Shown here in pieces: positions 39,270-49,327 of a stretch of DNA of 64,000 nt; position 1 is the first letter of the stretch; the number at the start of each line of letters is the position of its first letter. The position numbers and the translations under genes are program-made. Origin of the DNA: a virus; IMG/VR virus record IMGVR_UViG_3300003886_000001, positions 55,666 through 119,665 of that record. One strand, 5' to 3'. The notes under the pieces were generated by a model. It saw only the letters and a list, made by a program, of their open reading frames with translations. It was not told the DNA's origin and searched no databases.

Positions 39270-41549
39270 ATGGCCGAATTAGAGATTAACGGTAAAAAGA
39301 TATCAATTAAGACTGCCCTAGCTAAACGTGCTCAAACAGCCGGCCGCATTATGGTAGCCGGGGTTGGTCAAAAGGGCAGTAACACCGCTGGTAATGAGGG
39401 TGTCTATATCTCTACCGAATATTATAGGAATGATATTAGTGGTAAGCCGTATCCTGGCCGGATTAACTTTAATACACAACGGGTGTTAGCATATAACAGC
39501 ACAGTTGTTCGTGCCATTCTTACGCTTAGGGCACACCAGGTAGCTAAGTTGCCTTTTAGTTTGGTGCCTAGCGATAAAAAAGAGCCGCCACGACAGATTA
39601 GTGTGTTAGAGTATAGTGTATATGGTCTAGACGACCATCCAGCGTTTGACGAAGCAGAAAAAGTATTTCTTCGTAAAATATATGAGAAACTAGACCCGGA
39701 ATACTACATCTCTGATAAAAAAGGTTTATTTGAAGAAAAGAAGGACGAATTTACTCCAGCTGAAATATCTACCGTTGAACATCTGCAAAATAAGCACGAT
39801 GCTTTTTATAGGAAGCGTTCAAAAGATATTAAAAATATTAAACGTCTGTTAGACGACCCGGACCCGTGGTTTACCGATACTAGGTCGTGGGGACAATTAT
39901 TAAAAAGTATACTCATGGACCTCTTGATATTAGACCGTGGCATCTTTGTTATTGTCCGTGACGAAGACGACAAGATACGTGGTCTTATGCCTATTGATGG
40001 GTCAACTGTACGTCCCCTAATTAACGAATACGGAACTTATGACAATGACAAAGCCTATGTACAGGTAGTTCATGGTTCTCCTCAGGTATACTTTAAAAAG
40101 AGGGATGTCGTAGTAATGAAGATGAACCCAATGACGGATATGAAGTATTTCGGGTACGGACTATCAAATATGGAAACCCTATACACTGATTCATTGGCAG
40201 ACATCTTTATTGATAAGGGGCAGCTTGACTTTTACCGCAAGGGAGGGTCAATTCCAGAAGGATTTATCGCTATTGAGCCTATGAGTGGAGCTGGGGCTGG
40301 TAATGAAACAGCACAAGCACAGTTTAATCAAGAATCATTAGAAACCTTCCAACGTCACCTAGCAGCAATTATGATGGGAGACTATACCCAGGTCCCAATC
40401 TTTTCTGGTGGTAAGATTTCATATATAGATTTTAAAGGTCGCCGTCGAGACATGCAATATAAAGAATTGGCTGAGTATCTAACTCGGAAGATTTGTGCTG
40501 TATATCAAGTCTCTCCACAAGACGTTGGTATTACAGCCAATGTTAATCGTTCAACTTCCGAAACACAGGCAGAGATGACCCGTAGTAAAGGCCTAGAAAC
40601 GCTCATGAGGGTAATTTCTGAATATGTAACCCAACGTATTGTAAATGAGATGCGTCCAGAACGAGATTTAATGCTGTGGTTTGAGGACGATGACCTAGAT
40701 AAGAAAAAGATTGAATGGAATATTGCTCAACAAAAGCTGGTTAGTGGTGCACTCAGCATTAATCAATACCGGGCTTCTCAAGGGGAGCATCCCGTTCCGT
40801 GGGGTAATACACCATTACAGGGACGAAAGAACTGGGTTCCAGAGGACAAGGAGCAAGATGCAACTGCTGGTTTTCCTGGGGGACTACCACCATTACCGCA
40901 ATTAGGCGGTGGTTTGCCACAGAATCCGGCTGGTGGAGATAACCCTGGAGCAGGAGGTCCAAAACAGCCTCCCGGAGGACCTAGTCCACTCGGTTCACCT
41001 ACTAATTTAAAGTCTAGTAGATTCTTTACAATGAAAGCTACTACAGAGGCAGAAGCAGAAGAACTGATGATTAAAGGATTTACTGAGATGTATGAGGCAG
41101 ACTTTCCAGACCTCGTTGAGTTACATGACATAAATAATTACCCAGGAGGAAAGTGGGTTCGTAGTCCGATGGAGTCATACGAATATTTCGTTAGCTCCCA
41201 CCCGGCTCTTGGCATAACTATTAAGAAAAGTTCGGAGGAGGATGATAAAGACCCGTTTAAGTTCTCTTCCTATGACAAAGACGGTACTATTACAGTAACC
41301 GAGGACGGGGAGTCTCCACTTATCCACACTATGGCTGAGGCTGTAGTGGATAAGTTAGATGAAGATAAATTACAGAGCATCTTCCAAGTTGGCGGGGAAG
41401 ACCGGGTACTTGAAAGTGTAGAAATGGCTATTTATAAGAGTCTAGACCCAGCACTACATTCTGCTTTGTACGAATCCTTTTATAAGTTTAAGCCCACTTC
41501 TTTGACTGATGCACAGATAGACCAGACGGGGGAAATTCTTGAACTATAA
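39270..41549 (+). CDS. Portal protein (HK97-type) with C-terminal extension
   Basis: VAKLPF, MDLLILDRG, LMPIDGSTVRP, YGLSNME, ICAVYQVSPQDVG, SINQYRASQG; start 39270 after GAAGGAG. Confidence 0.9.
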   Translation: MAELEINGKKISIKTALAKRAQTAGRIMVAGVGQKGSNTAGNEGVYISTEYYRNDISGKPYPGRINFNTQRVLAYNSTVVRAILTLRAHQVAKLPFSLVPSDKKEPPRQISVLEYSVYGLDDHPAFDEAEKVFLRKIYEKLDPEYYISDKKGLFEEKKDEFTPAEISTVEHLQNKHDAFYRKRSKDIKNIKRLLDDPDPWFTDTRSWGQLLKSILMDLLILDRGIFVIVRDEDDKIRGLMPIDGSTVRPLINEYGTYDNDKAYVQVVHGSPQVYFKKRDVVVMKMNPMTDMKYFGYGLSNMETLYTDSLADIFIDKGQLDFYRKGGSIPEGFIAIEPMSGAGAGNETAQAQFNQESLETFQRHLAAIMMGDYTQVPIFSGGKISYIDFKGRRRDMQYKELAEYLTRKICAVYQVSPQDVGITANVNRSTSETQAEMTRSKGLETLMRVISEYVTQRIVNEMRPERDLMLWFEDDDLDKKKIEWNIAQQKLVSGALSINQYRASQGEHPVPWGNTPLQGRKNWVPEDKEQDATAGFPGGLPPLPQLGGGLPQNPAGGDNPGAGGPKQPPGGPSPLGSPTNLKSSRFFTMKATTEAEAEELMIKGFTEMYEADFPDLVELHDINNYPGGKWVRSPMESYEYFVSSHPALGITIKKSSEEDDKDPFKFSSYDKDGTITVTEDGESPLIHTMAEAVVDKLDEDKLQSIFQVGGEDRVLESVEMAIYKSLDPALHSALYESFYKFKPTSLTDAQIDQTGEILEL

Positions 41550-44500
41550 CCTAACCAGTTTTAAGGGAATGACTGTACCTCAAGGATATGTTACGGGGGA
41601 ACTGGACCCCTTGTCTGCAAATAACTATCTTCGTAGGTTAGGATTGTCTTCTGATGCTAACTTATTACTTTACACCCTTAAAGGAGCTAGAGTCGCGGCC
41701 GGGTATAAAGTAACAAGCCCGGGTGGACATGTCTATGTAGGTGGTCAGTCTATCATTGGTGCTAATCATTTAGACTGGGAATCATTTGAAAATTATGTTA
41801 ATGACACTGGTAAAGCTAAAGGGTGGAGGATAGAGGAGAGCCTTGGTGAGGAGCCAGCACCAGAAACCCGGGTAGAAGTTAGCAGTGACGCAATACAGGC
41901 ACTAATGGGGGCGGTACAAATAGAGTTTAACCACGCGGTGGGGGCCGGTGACTATGAACTAGCGTCTCAGGTAATACAAAGTTACGGTAAAGATGCTCAA
42001 CAATATCTAAAACCAGGTGAAGCAGAACAATTTAATGACCAAATCAGCCAATTAGTTACAACTATGGAAAGTTATGCACGTGAAACATCTGTAAAAAAGG
42101 TATCTTCTACCCTTAGTCAGGCAGAGATATCTACTATATCTAAAGTTCTAGATAGCAGCCCGAATCCCTCAACTATATATTTAGAGTATAATGATGCTCG
42201 TAATGAAGTCATGTTTAATGTTAAGTTTAGCAAGAAGAGGGAAAGTCCGCATACTGTTGATGGGAGGGCACTTTATGCTGCTCTTATCAGTTTAGGAGTC
42301 CCAGAGCAGGATATCGGCGGGCTAAAAAAAGTTCTAGACGGTGACATCAAAACTCAGGCTAGGTCAGAGTTTGATAAGGCGCTCCCGTTTCTTAAGGATG
42401 TTCCTAAAGACCAACTTCCTATATTTATGGAAGGGTTAACCTTTGCACTCGGTAGAACGTTGGGTAATAAGTCATTTACCGATTCTTTTGATTTGTCATT
42501 AGCGGCTGCCACTTACCTCAAGCAATATACCGAGAAAAATGCTGATTTTGCAGAGAAGGAAGCAGCTACAACTACACTTGACGACTTTCATAAAATGGTG
42601 GAACAGCATAAGGAACAACTCACAAAAGTATTACAATCAGAAAAGAACTATTCAACAACGGTAAATAATGTTACAGAAGAGTTTCGTCGAGCACAAGTAG
42701 TTTCACACGCTACTAATGATGCGAAAAAGGGTAAATACTTTCTGGATGGATTATTTCAGCTTTTCAAAGCCGGGGGATACGGAAAACGAGAAGTACAGGC
42801 TTTTTTGGACAAACACTTTATCTTTCAAGTTGATAAGTATATTGACCCGAAATTTGGAGAACGACCAAGTGCTAAATCCTCCAATTTATCTGAAGGTGAC
42901 GTAGAATCCCTTTTTGAAAACTATGCTATGGTCCCCAGACGCGCGAGTGTCCCCGGGTTGCGAAGCATATATAAAGATTTGGTTAAGAAGATGCCTACTA
43001 AAAACACTGGATTACTATCAGACATCAGGCACTTTTTAGCCCCTCACGGTGGTAATCAACGATTTGCTACTATGATGGACGGTCTTAATATAGAACTTGC
43101 TATGGACCAAGATAAGGACGCTGTCTATGACGTGCTAGCAACAGCACTTACGTCGTCATTACCTCCTGGTAGCCGTTCTATGTCATCAACTATTGATAGT
43201 GGATTACGAAAAGGACTCAAATCCCTCGTTGCAGAAGGCAGGATACTGGGCTATGACGAAGGTAATCTTACTGAGGTAGCGGCCACCTTGCGTGAGGGGC
43301 TCAGCGGCAACCAACTGCTTGAAAAACATGCCTCCGCTCTTTCTTCTTCAGCCAGCCGAGCGTTTGTTTCATATGCTATAACTAACCTGTCTTCTCACCT
43401 AATGAGCGCATTCAGTTCGCCCGAAGACAAAAACTATGAGATTTTTAGTGATTTTAGCAGTAATTTCTTGGATGATATACGTCCCAATGCCTTTTTAGGT
43501 ACTTTGGAAAGCGGGCAATATCGAGAAAGAGTCCTGAGCATGTTGTTACCATCTGTATTTACTGGTGTTCCATACCAGATGGAAACGGGTAACTTACGCT
43601 GGGAGAATACCCAGGCCCGCGACCTTCTTATTGCAGCCGGATACGATGGTAATGACCTTGAGTCGCTGAATGATAAACAGGTGTTATCCGATGTATTATT
43701 AACCCACTCTTTAAGTGGCGGAAAGATGAGTTATACACAACAATTGCGGAACTCTTTTGTCCGTACGCTAGGACAACTCCCTAATTATGTTGTTGATAAC
43801 GGTCGTGGAGTTCCTCCTAAACTGTTTACAAAAGAAGAGGTGGCTGACGCAGACATCTCATCAGTACCATACATGACTAGTGAGAAAAATAGTTCTGATA
43901 CAGTTCGGGGATACGCTGATAAAGTGTTAGGCAGTGGGAACAACAATATAATTGCGCGGCTAGCAAACATAACCAACCAAACTCTAGATGAAGCAAAACC
44001 ACAAATTGATGAAGTAGTTTCCACATTTAAGACATCCTTGGGCAACGCGTTGAGTTCCGTTAATAGCGATGTTAAAGACGCGGTAATCAGTCATTATACG
44101 ACAATGTTACAAAACGGGGCGGAGAGCTTCACGCTGCCGCGTCCTTCCGGGGCTAGATTTGGCCAACGTTTTGAGTTTTTGGGGCAAATAGGGCCACTGT
44201 TATCACATCTAGAGACAACTCCTCCAATGGAAGGGTCGTTTAGACGTATTTCTCCCTCCGAAGGGTCATATTTTGACGACCAGGTTACTACTACGAGGAC
44301 GGGCCTTTATGGAATAGCCGGGTTCTCTTGGAAAGATAGGGCTGGAGCTACTCACGTCTTTGGTAATCCAGACTCACAAACTGGAGATGCTGTAGATTAT
44401 TCACATACCAGAATCTCTGCTGATTACGGTACCATAGAAGTAGTTCCGTATGAAGTTAAGATGGAGCAGGGCTTAGCTTATGCACATCAAGCCGGAGTAT

Positions 44501-44709
44501 CCACTTTTTTCCGGCAATTAGGAGAAACCATGGCCTTTGCCAAGGCACAACGTGGGGGTTCCTTGCCAAAAGTTATTTTAAGGGAGATGAGAAATATAAA
44601 TCATACGCAGGAGGGGGATATTGATGTGTCAACGGTGAACCAGTCCACCAATCCAGTATTAGGAAGTATATTTACCGGCGGATTTCGTACGGAAGGTAGC
44701 CGAGCATGA
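41539..44709 (+). CDS. Large head-module protein of unknown function (1056 aa)
   Basis: Directly follows portal; N-terminal FKGxxVPxGY and LKGARVAAGY motifs. Confidence 0.75.
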   Translation: MNYNLTSFKGMTVPQGYVTGELDPLSANNYLRRLGLSSDANLLLYTLKGARVAAGYKVTSPGGHVYVGGQSIIGANHLDWESFENYVNDTGKAKGWRIEESLGEEPAPETRVEVSSDAIQALMGAVQIEFNHAVGAGDYELASQVIQSYGKDAQQYLKPGEAEQFNDQISQLVTTMESYARETSVKKVSSTLSQAEISTISKVLDSSPNPSTIYLEYNDARNEVMFNVKFSKKRESPHTVDGRALYAALISLGVPEQDIGGLKKVLDGDIKTQARSEFDKALPFLKDVPKDQLPIFMEGLTFALGRTLGNKSFTDSFDLSLAAATYLKQYTEKNADFAEKEAATTTLDDFHKMVEQHKEQLTKVLQSEKNYSTTVNNVTEEFRRAQVVSHATNDAKKGKYFLDGLFQLFKAGGYGKREVQAFLDKHFIFQVDKYIDPKFGERPSAKSSNLSEGDVESLFENYAMVPRRASVPGLRSIYKDLVKKMPTKNTGLLSDIRHFLAPHGGNQRFATMMDGLNIELAMDQDKDAVYDVLATALTSSLPPGSRSMSSTIDSGLRKGLKSLVAEGRILGYDEGNLTEVAATLREGLSGNQLLEKHASALSSSASRAFVSYAITNLSSHLMSAFSSPEDKNYEIFSDFSSNFLDDIRPNAFLGTLESGQYRERVLSMLLPSVFTGVPYQMETGNLRWENTQARDLLIAAGYDGNDLESLNDKQVLSDVLLTHSLSGGKMSYTQQLRNSFVRTLGQLPNYVVDNGRGVPPKLFTKEEVADADISSVPYMTSEKNSSDTVRGYADKVLGSGNNNIIARLANITNQTLDEAKPQIDEVVSTFKTSLGNALSSVNSDVKDAVISHYTTMLQNGAESFTLPRPSGARFGQRFEFLGQIGPLLSHLETTPPMEGSFRRISPSEGSYFDDQVTTTRTGLYGIAGFSWKDRAGATHVFGNPDSQTGDAVDYSHTRISADYGTIEVVPYEVKMEQGLAYAHQAGVSTFFRQLGETMAFAKAQRGGSLPKVILREMRNINHTQEGDIDVSTVNQSTNPVLGSIFTGGFRTEGSRA

Positions 44710-45497
44710 ATATTAACCTTACCGCTGTAGATTATATTAAAAGTAAAGCTTTAGACACCATGAAATTGAGTTTAAATGATACTTTTATCGGTGTCAGGCT
44801 CTTTGATGAGATATATCAGGCATTTCAACTTCCTTCTTATGACTTTATACCGTTCTTAACTGAATTGAAGTCCTTAAATTATGACCATTCCTTCGATTTT
44901 ATAAATGCACTCCATACCTACGATAATATCGTCGCAGCGGGCAGTGATTATCCTAATTGGGGATTTGAGACGTACGACACTGTCAGGATTGACGTGCCAG
45001 ACTTAGAAAAAAAGGCTGATTGGGCGTTTATTCATCTATTTAGGTCTGATTCCTTTGGGGAATCTCTATTTTTATTCCAATTCCTCGCATCCGCTTTTTT
45101 AGGTGGCATTGAAAATGATGAGACCTATCAATATTTAGACCATTCTCCCATTATATCGGCATATGAGGCATTTTCCCCCAAAGCAGTAGCATATATTTTA
45201 GAAAAGGAGTATAATGGTGTAGCGATAAAGGGTATACCAGCTAATATCATGGTTAATCCAATTGATACTACTCATATTCCAGCATACCTGTTAGAGGGAA
45301 ATAGCAATATTATTACGAAACAGGATAAAGTTTATTTGAAAATTGATATTGCCAGAGCTATTTCCGCTGCTGGTGGGTTCGCCCAGGCGCTAGAACGACA
45401 AGACCTGGAAGGAAAACATGGAAAATATAACATCAAGAAGCCTAGACGACGCCATAATGACAACAATGAAAGAGTTGACGGCAAAGTTAAGGATTAA
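44706..45497 (+). CDS. Hypothetical head-module protein
   Basis: ATGA-coupled 263-aa ORF. Confidence 0.7.
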   Translation: MNINLTAVDYIKSKALDTMKLSLNDTFIGVRLFDEIYQAFQLPSYDFIPFLTELKSLNYDHSFDFINALHTYDNIVAAGSDYPNWGFETYDTVRIDVPDLEKKADWAFIHLFRSDSFGESLFLFQFLASAFLGGIENDETYQYLDHSPIISAYEAFSPKAVAYILEKEYNGVAIKGIPANIMVNPIDTTHIPAYLLEGNSNIITKQDKVYLKIDIARAISAAGGFAQALERQDLEGKHGKYNIKKPRRRHNDNNERVDGKVKD

Positions 45498-45513
45498 GTC
45501 CTATCTACAGGCG

Positions 45514-45542
45514 TTGACACCAAACCCTATGCCTAGTATACT
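45514..45542 (+). promoter_or_regulatory. Canonical sigma70 promoter upstream of CCA-adding enzyme
   Basis: TTGACA-17-TATACT. Confidence 0.85.
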
Positions 45543-45553
45543 ACAGTCATTGA

Positions 45554-47296
45554 TTGGACGTACCTATGATGACGATATCTAGCTTTACGTTAAAAGGGTT
45601 TAGAGTTCCGCCCGGTTACGAATTAGTTATACAAACCTCAGATAGTCAAATTATCCACCATGCTGGAGACCAATCGGGGGGAGCATATACATTTGAAGAA
45701 GTTCTCAACGGGGAGATACAGAATTGGGACCTTCATAAGGTGGGCTCTGGGAAAATAGAAGTAACCCAGGAACTGCGTAACATCATACAAGCCATTAAAG
45801 ACGCTGGAGGGACATTGTTATTCGTCGGTGGTGTGGTACGAGATAAACTATATGGGACGGAAAGTAAAGATATTGATGTGGAGGTTTATGGTCTTAACGA
45901 GAGGGATTTAACTCACGTATTATCTAACTTTGGCAAAGTTGATGTAGTCGGGGCGAGCTTTGGTGTTCTTAAACTAACCACCGATGCCCAGGACTATGAT
46001 TTTGCGTTTCCTCGGCGTGAGAGTAAACAGGGGAAAGGTCATAGAGGCTTTTTAGTAGAGCCAGATTCAACTATGACGCCTAAAGAAGCCTCGTCTCGTA
46101 GGGATTTTACTATCAATGCACTAGCTATGAGCCCGGATGGTGAATTGTTTGACTTCTTTAATGGTGCAAAACATCTTAAAGAGAGAATTCTTAAACATAC
46201 CTCTGAAAACTTTGCAGACGACCCCTTAAGGGTCTTACGGGGATTTCAACTAGCTGGTAGATTTGACTTAGTAATGGACCACGACACCGCACAGCTAGCG
46301 AAGGATTTACGTCGTGAGTTCAATACAGTATCAAAAGAAAGGATTTGGGGTGAATGGTTCAAATGGGCTACAAAATCAATTAAACCAAGTGCAGGACTAA
46401 AAGTATTAGACGACACCGGGTGGTTAGAGTTGTTTCCCCAACTAAATACTCTTAAGGGAATACCACAAGACCCTATTTGGCACCCTGAGGGGGATGTCTG
46501 GACTCATACCAACTATGTTACCGACGCGGCTGTAGAAATAGCCGATAGAGAAAAGTTATCAGAAAAAGATAGAACTGTTTTAATCTTTGCATCCCTTTGC
46601 CACGACCTAGGTAAGCCGGCTACTGTAGCAGACGTAAACGGGAGATGGATTGCCCCGGGTCACCCGGAAGCAGGGGTAGAGCCAACTATAGCATTTTTAA
46701 CTTCTATAGGAGCCCCCAAGGATATTATTGCACAAGTAGTACCGTTGGTAAAAGAACACATGGCTCATCTGAATCAAATCGGCCATCGCAGCATTAAACG
46801 TCTTGCGCTCAGACTGGAGCCGGCTACCATAGAATTGCTTAGCCTGGTGATGGACGCTGACAGCTCGGGGAGGCCACCATTACCAAAAGGGATGCCAGAT
46901 AAGGCACAGGAACTAATTATGATGGCGCACCAATTACGTGTGCAAGAGTCCGTACCAACTCCTATAATAAATGGTAATGACCTCATGAGGCTGGCTGAAA
47001 GTGGAGAGTTACCTCCTGAGTATGCTCGTGGAGGACCACACTTTGGGCAATTATTGACCGTTTTGTTCAATGCACAGTTGGATGGGAAGTTTGACTCCCC
47101 TGAGGATGGTATTAGTTATTTAAAAAGTATTTTTGTGGACCCGGCTACTAGTACCATTTACGCGACAATAAACTTTTTAGCGGGGCTTTCTACGAATGAT
47201 AAAGAAAGGCTAATAATTTCAGCTAATAAAAATAGTCTAAAAGAGGCAGACCTACTAAGTAGTTCTGTTGATACACTTAAAACCCTCCTTGACTAG
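45554..47296 (+). CDS. cca: Class II tRNA nucleotidyltransferase (CCA-adding) with HD domain and N-terminal extension
   Basis: FVGGVVRD, DIDVE, RRDFTINA, DDPLRVLRG, ERIWGEW, HPEGDVWTHT, HDLGK; start may be ATG 45566 or 45569. Confidence 0.9.
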   Translation: MDVPMMTISSFTLKGFRVPPGYELVIQTSDSQIIHHAGDQSGGAYTFEEVLNGEIQNWDLHKVGSGKIEVTQELRNIIQAIKDAGGTLLFVGGVVRDKLYGTESKDIDVEVYGLNERDLTHVLSNFGKVDVVGASFGVLKLTTDAQDYDFAFPRRESKQGKGHRGFLVEPDSTMTPKEASSRRDFTINALAMSPDGELFDFFNGAKHLKERILKHTSENFADDPLRVLRGFQLAGRFDLVMDHDTAQLAKDLRREFNTVSKERIWGEWFKWATKSIKPSAGLKVLDDTGWLELFPQLNTLKGIPQDPIWHPEGDVWTHTNYVTDAAVEIADREKLSEKDRTVLIFASLCHDLGKPATVADVNGRWIAPGHPEAGVEPTIAFLTSIGAPKDIIAQVVPLVKEHMAHLNQIGHRSIKRLALRLEPATIELLSLVMDADSSGRPPLPKGMPDKAQELIMMAHQLRVQESVPTPIINGNDLMRLAESGELPPEYARGGPHFGQLLTVLFNAQLDGKFDSPEDGISYLKSIFVDPATSTIYATINFLAGLSTNDKERLIISANKNSLKEADLLSSSVDTLKTLLD

Positions 47297-47327
47297 TTCT
47301 ACCTAACTAACGTATAATAGGAGCACG

Positions 47328-47939
47328 ATGATTGCGGAGTTTTATCATAAAATAAATGAAAAGGTAGTAATTGTTAAAGAACAAGTTTCTACTCTAACAC
47401 TCACTATCCGACGTATCAGTGACGGGTATTATTTCAATAACTCTACATCGTTATTTGAAGCGTATAACGCTGCCAATGCATCATATTATACCTATCCTTT
47501 TGTTGCACTGTTTGATACTACTTTAGTGTCTTTAACGTTGGCTACTTTACCGGATATTGTACAAGACCTACTCTTTACTTATACTGATAATGGAATAGTA
47601 ACATGGGAACGACATATATTTGGTGGTACCGAAGTTATTAACTCACCCTCACGTTGTATCATTTACGGAACATTATTAGACGTATCAGGTGCCCCCATCT
47701 CTAATCAACCAGTTAAGGCCGACCTTAATCGGGCTGGCTACTTCGTTTCCAAATCTGGTATTATTGGAGAGGCTGCAAGTACCTTAACCGACGAAACTGG
47801 ATATTTTGAACTTCCTCTGGTGACAGGACTAGATGTGACTATCAATATTCCTATTATAGGATTTAGTGTAAAGGGATACGTACCTAGTGTGGCGTCCGTT
47901 GAGCTAACCTCACAGGCTCTCCTGAGCTATGTTCCGTAA
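47328..47939 (+). CDS. Putative virion structural protein
   Basis: Beta-rich; IYGTLLDVSGAP..TDETGYFELPL. Confidence 0.65.
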   Translation: MIAEFYHKINEKVVIVKEQVSTLTLTIRRISDGYYFNNSTSLFEAYNAANASYYTYPFVALFDTTLVSLTLATLPDIVQDLLFTYTDNGIVTWERHIFGGTEVINSPSRCIIYGTLLDVSGAPISNQPVKADLNRAGYFVSKSGIIGEAASTLTDETGYFELPLVTGLDVTINIPIIGFSVKGYVPSVASVELTSQALLSYVP

Positions 47940-47949
47940 GGGATAGACA

Positions 47950-48549
47950 ATGCCTATTACTACTACATTAGTACAAGGAGTTATTAGGGATGGACAAGGG
48001 GAACTCTATGAGGGAGCTTTGGTCGAGGCATACCTTAATACTCAAATGGTGTTTTCCTCTGCAACCATAGGCAATTTAGTTCATCGGGTATATACTGATT
48101 CTTATGGTTCTTTCGCACTACATCTAGTACCTAGTACAAAAGATGCTAGTAGAGACAATTGGTATACCTTCAAGTTCGTACAGGACACTACTACGTTTTA
48201 TAACAAGATTGTACCTGAGTCTGTAGCGGCTATGAACTTTGAAAATCTTGTAGATTACATCTATCCTGCCCAACGTACTCCTTTATTAGGGGGATTGAAC
48301 AACAATATCAATACCACACCAGTTATTGTTCCTAGCAACTACGCTGGAACTTTCACCTGGAAAGCGTTCACTGCCGATGGTGCTACGAGAATCTTCACTA
48401 CTCCGGGAGATATCTACCTAGTAGCACTAAACGGTGTACTTCAAAGCCCGGGAGCAGGTGGTGACTATATTCTGCTTAATGCTAACACTATTGAGTTTAG
48501 TATAGCGCCGCAATTAAACGATTTGGTATTAATTCAGTACAAGATATAG
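47950..48549 (+). CDS. Putative virion structural protein
   Basis: TDSYGSFALHL; FTADGATRIF..VALNGVLQ..DY..IEF repeat typical of virion proteins. Confidence 0.7.
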   Translation: MPITTTLVQGVIRDGQGELYEGALVEAYLNTQMVFSSATIGNLVHRVYTDSYGSFALHLVPSTKDASRDNWYTFKFVQDTTTFYNKIVPESVAAMNFENLVDYIYPAQRTPLLGGLNNNINTTPVIVPSNYAGTFTWKAFTADGATRIFTTPGDIYLVALNGVLQSPGAGGDYILLNANTIEFSIAPQLNDLVLIQYKI

Positions 48550-48560
48550 GAAAGGACACC

Positions 48561-48770
48561 ATGGACATCCAACAGGTATTAACCCAACATAACCAGTCAT
48601 TAGAAACCAAAGAGGCAGAAATTAGAGGACGGTTAGAGATTCTAAAAGAAGAATTACTTAAACTCCAGGCTAAACGGGAGCATAACAATGACCTAATAGC
48701 CTACGTAAAGCAGCAGGAAACACAAAATGGCGAAGACAATTCTTCAACAATATCAGGTAGCGAAGAGTAA
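48561..48770 (+). CDS. Small coiled-coil protein
   Basis: Heptad pattern; AGGAAAGG RBS. Confidence 0.65.
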   Translation: MDIQQVLTQHNQSLETKEAEIRGRLEILKEELLKLQAKREHNNDLIAYVKQQETQNGEDNSSTISGSEE

Positions 48771-49251
48771 AAATATTGATGATACCCTAAGCTTATTAGG
48801 GTACGCAAATGTGACTGACCTTGAAGAGGATTTAAACTTTTTGAGGTCAGTTATTAAGGATTTAAAGGGAACTTCTACCTATGATACTCCGGTTACAAAA
48901 ACATTACTTGATTTAGCGAATACCCTGTCTGCCGCTGTATTTAATAATGCTCAATTAACAGGAACTCCAACAGCGACTACACCCGTAAGTGGGGATAGAA
49001 CTACTAGAATTGCTACGACCGAGTTTGTTCACACCCTTATTGATTCAATACGACAAGATGTAAAGTATACTTATACACAAGTTACCCCGGCCGGGCAATG
49101 GAACATCTCCCATAATCTAAATAAACACCCTTCTATTATGGTGGTAGACTCAGCTGGAACTGTGGTCTATGGAAATATTGAATATATAACTAGTAATAGT
49201 ATACAGTTAAATTTTAGTGCCCCTTTTAGTGGAGTTGCCTATCTTAACTAA
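48727..49251 (+). CDS. Fibre-associated structural protein
   Basis: LTGTPTATTP..TTRIATTEFV fibre motif; WNISHNLNKHPS. Confidence 0.8.
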   Translation: MAKTILQQYQVAKSKNIDDTLSLLGYANVTDLEEDLNFLRSVIKDLKGTSTYDTPVTKTLLDLANTLSAAVFNNAQLTGTPTATTPVSGDRTTRIATTEFVHTLIDSIRQDVKYTYTQVTPAGQWNISHNLNKHPSIMVVDSAGTVVYGNIEYITSNSIQLNFSAPFSGVAYLN

Positions 49252-49327
49252 ACGCCTTATCCATCAGGATACTGTATAATAATTATTAAGACGACTTGCA
49301 CCACTAAGCAGGTGACGAGGAGAATAA

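Noticed and set aside
37056-41549. Intein or intron in polA or portal
   Set aside because: No C/S...HN splice motifs or LAGLIDADG blocks, and the catalytic motifs are contiguous.
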